DNA of 64,000 bases from Limnochordales bacterium (GTDB lineage: Bacteria; Bacillota; Limnochordia; Limnochordales; DUMU01), in NCBI GenBank assembly GCA_014896315.1, contig JADBKP010000010.1, positions 142,087 to 206,086 on the forward strand. The letters are read 5' to 3'. This document shows positions 63,918 through 64,000 of this stretch, in pieces; within the stretch, counting starts at the first letter, position 1; each line of letters starts with the position of its first letter. Below the pieces are notes generated by a model. The model was not told the origin of the DNA, ran no database searches, and worked only from the letters and a program-made list of their open reading frames with translations. The translations under genes were made by a program, and so were the position numbers.

Positions 63918-64000
63918 TCAGAAGTCGGCCGGGGATTCGGACTCCGCGCCCCAGTAGACGTACTGTTTCGTGCTGGTCTTGTAGATGTACACCTTGCCCC
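63918..64000 (-). CDS. C-terminal 26 codons of a hypothetical protein whose gene begins beyond the window end
   Basis: The reverse strand reads ..GKVYIYKTSTKQYVYWGAESESPADF* with the stop at 63918-63920. It is not in the ORF track because it is truncated by the window edge. I recognise no family. Confidence 0.3.
   Translation of the reverse strand, partial: GKVYIYKTSTKQYVYWGAESESPADF

Overview
This is a 64-kb window from a high-GC bacterial chromosome with patchy base composition. I cannot assign a taxon from the sequence alone; the gene content resembles a saccharolytic, possibly thermophilic, Firmicutes- or Chloroflexi-like organism. I call about 45 genes.

The window is dominated by five carbohydrate-utilisation modules. 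They contain:
- eight CUT1-type ABC solute-binding protein (SBP) genes, one of them decayed;
- glycoside hydrolases: GH5, GH4, a GH63/MGH1-like enzyme, GH3, GH35, GH32 remnants, a DUF4091/GH123-like protein, three GHL10/DUF187 paralogs, a lipoprotein TIM-barrel protein and a sialidase-like fragment at the window start;
- regulators: four LacI, one ROK and one XRE-HTH fusion.

I saw no ABC permease or ATPase gene anywhere in the window.

Between the modules lie:
- a two-component system followed by small metal-associated membrane proteins (cupredoxin-like, SHOCT, YHS);
- housekeeping genes (HAD hydrolase, threonine aldolase, GNAT/PAT, dtd, DegV, an MCP, a ClC channel with CBS and RCK_C domains, a BON protein);
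- an orphan pstS.

The main points of interest are:
1. An XRE HTH fused to a CBM32 + GHL10 module. It sits with a membrane-anchored paralog and a bare paralog, next to a perfect 10-5-10 palindrome.
2. SBP genes without transporter partners, several followed by strong GC-rich hairpins.
3. Degenerate hexanucleotide (dipeptide-coding) repeat insertions in many unrelated genes, plus an intergenic (AACCCT)n tract.
4. A decaying fructan locus: LacI, broken SBP, frameshifted IS1634-like element and mosaic LamG-GH32 pseudogenes.
5. Tandem secreted CBM6/35-like paralogs.
6. Perfect CG-centred LacI-type operators.

All family assignments come from motif recognition by eye. No database search or HMM was run. 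Many starts were moved downstream of the ORF-track start on the basis of RBS placement, and these remain uncertain.
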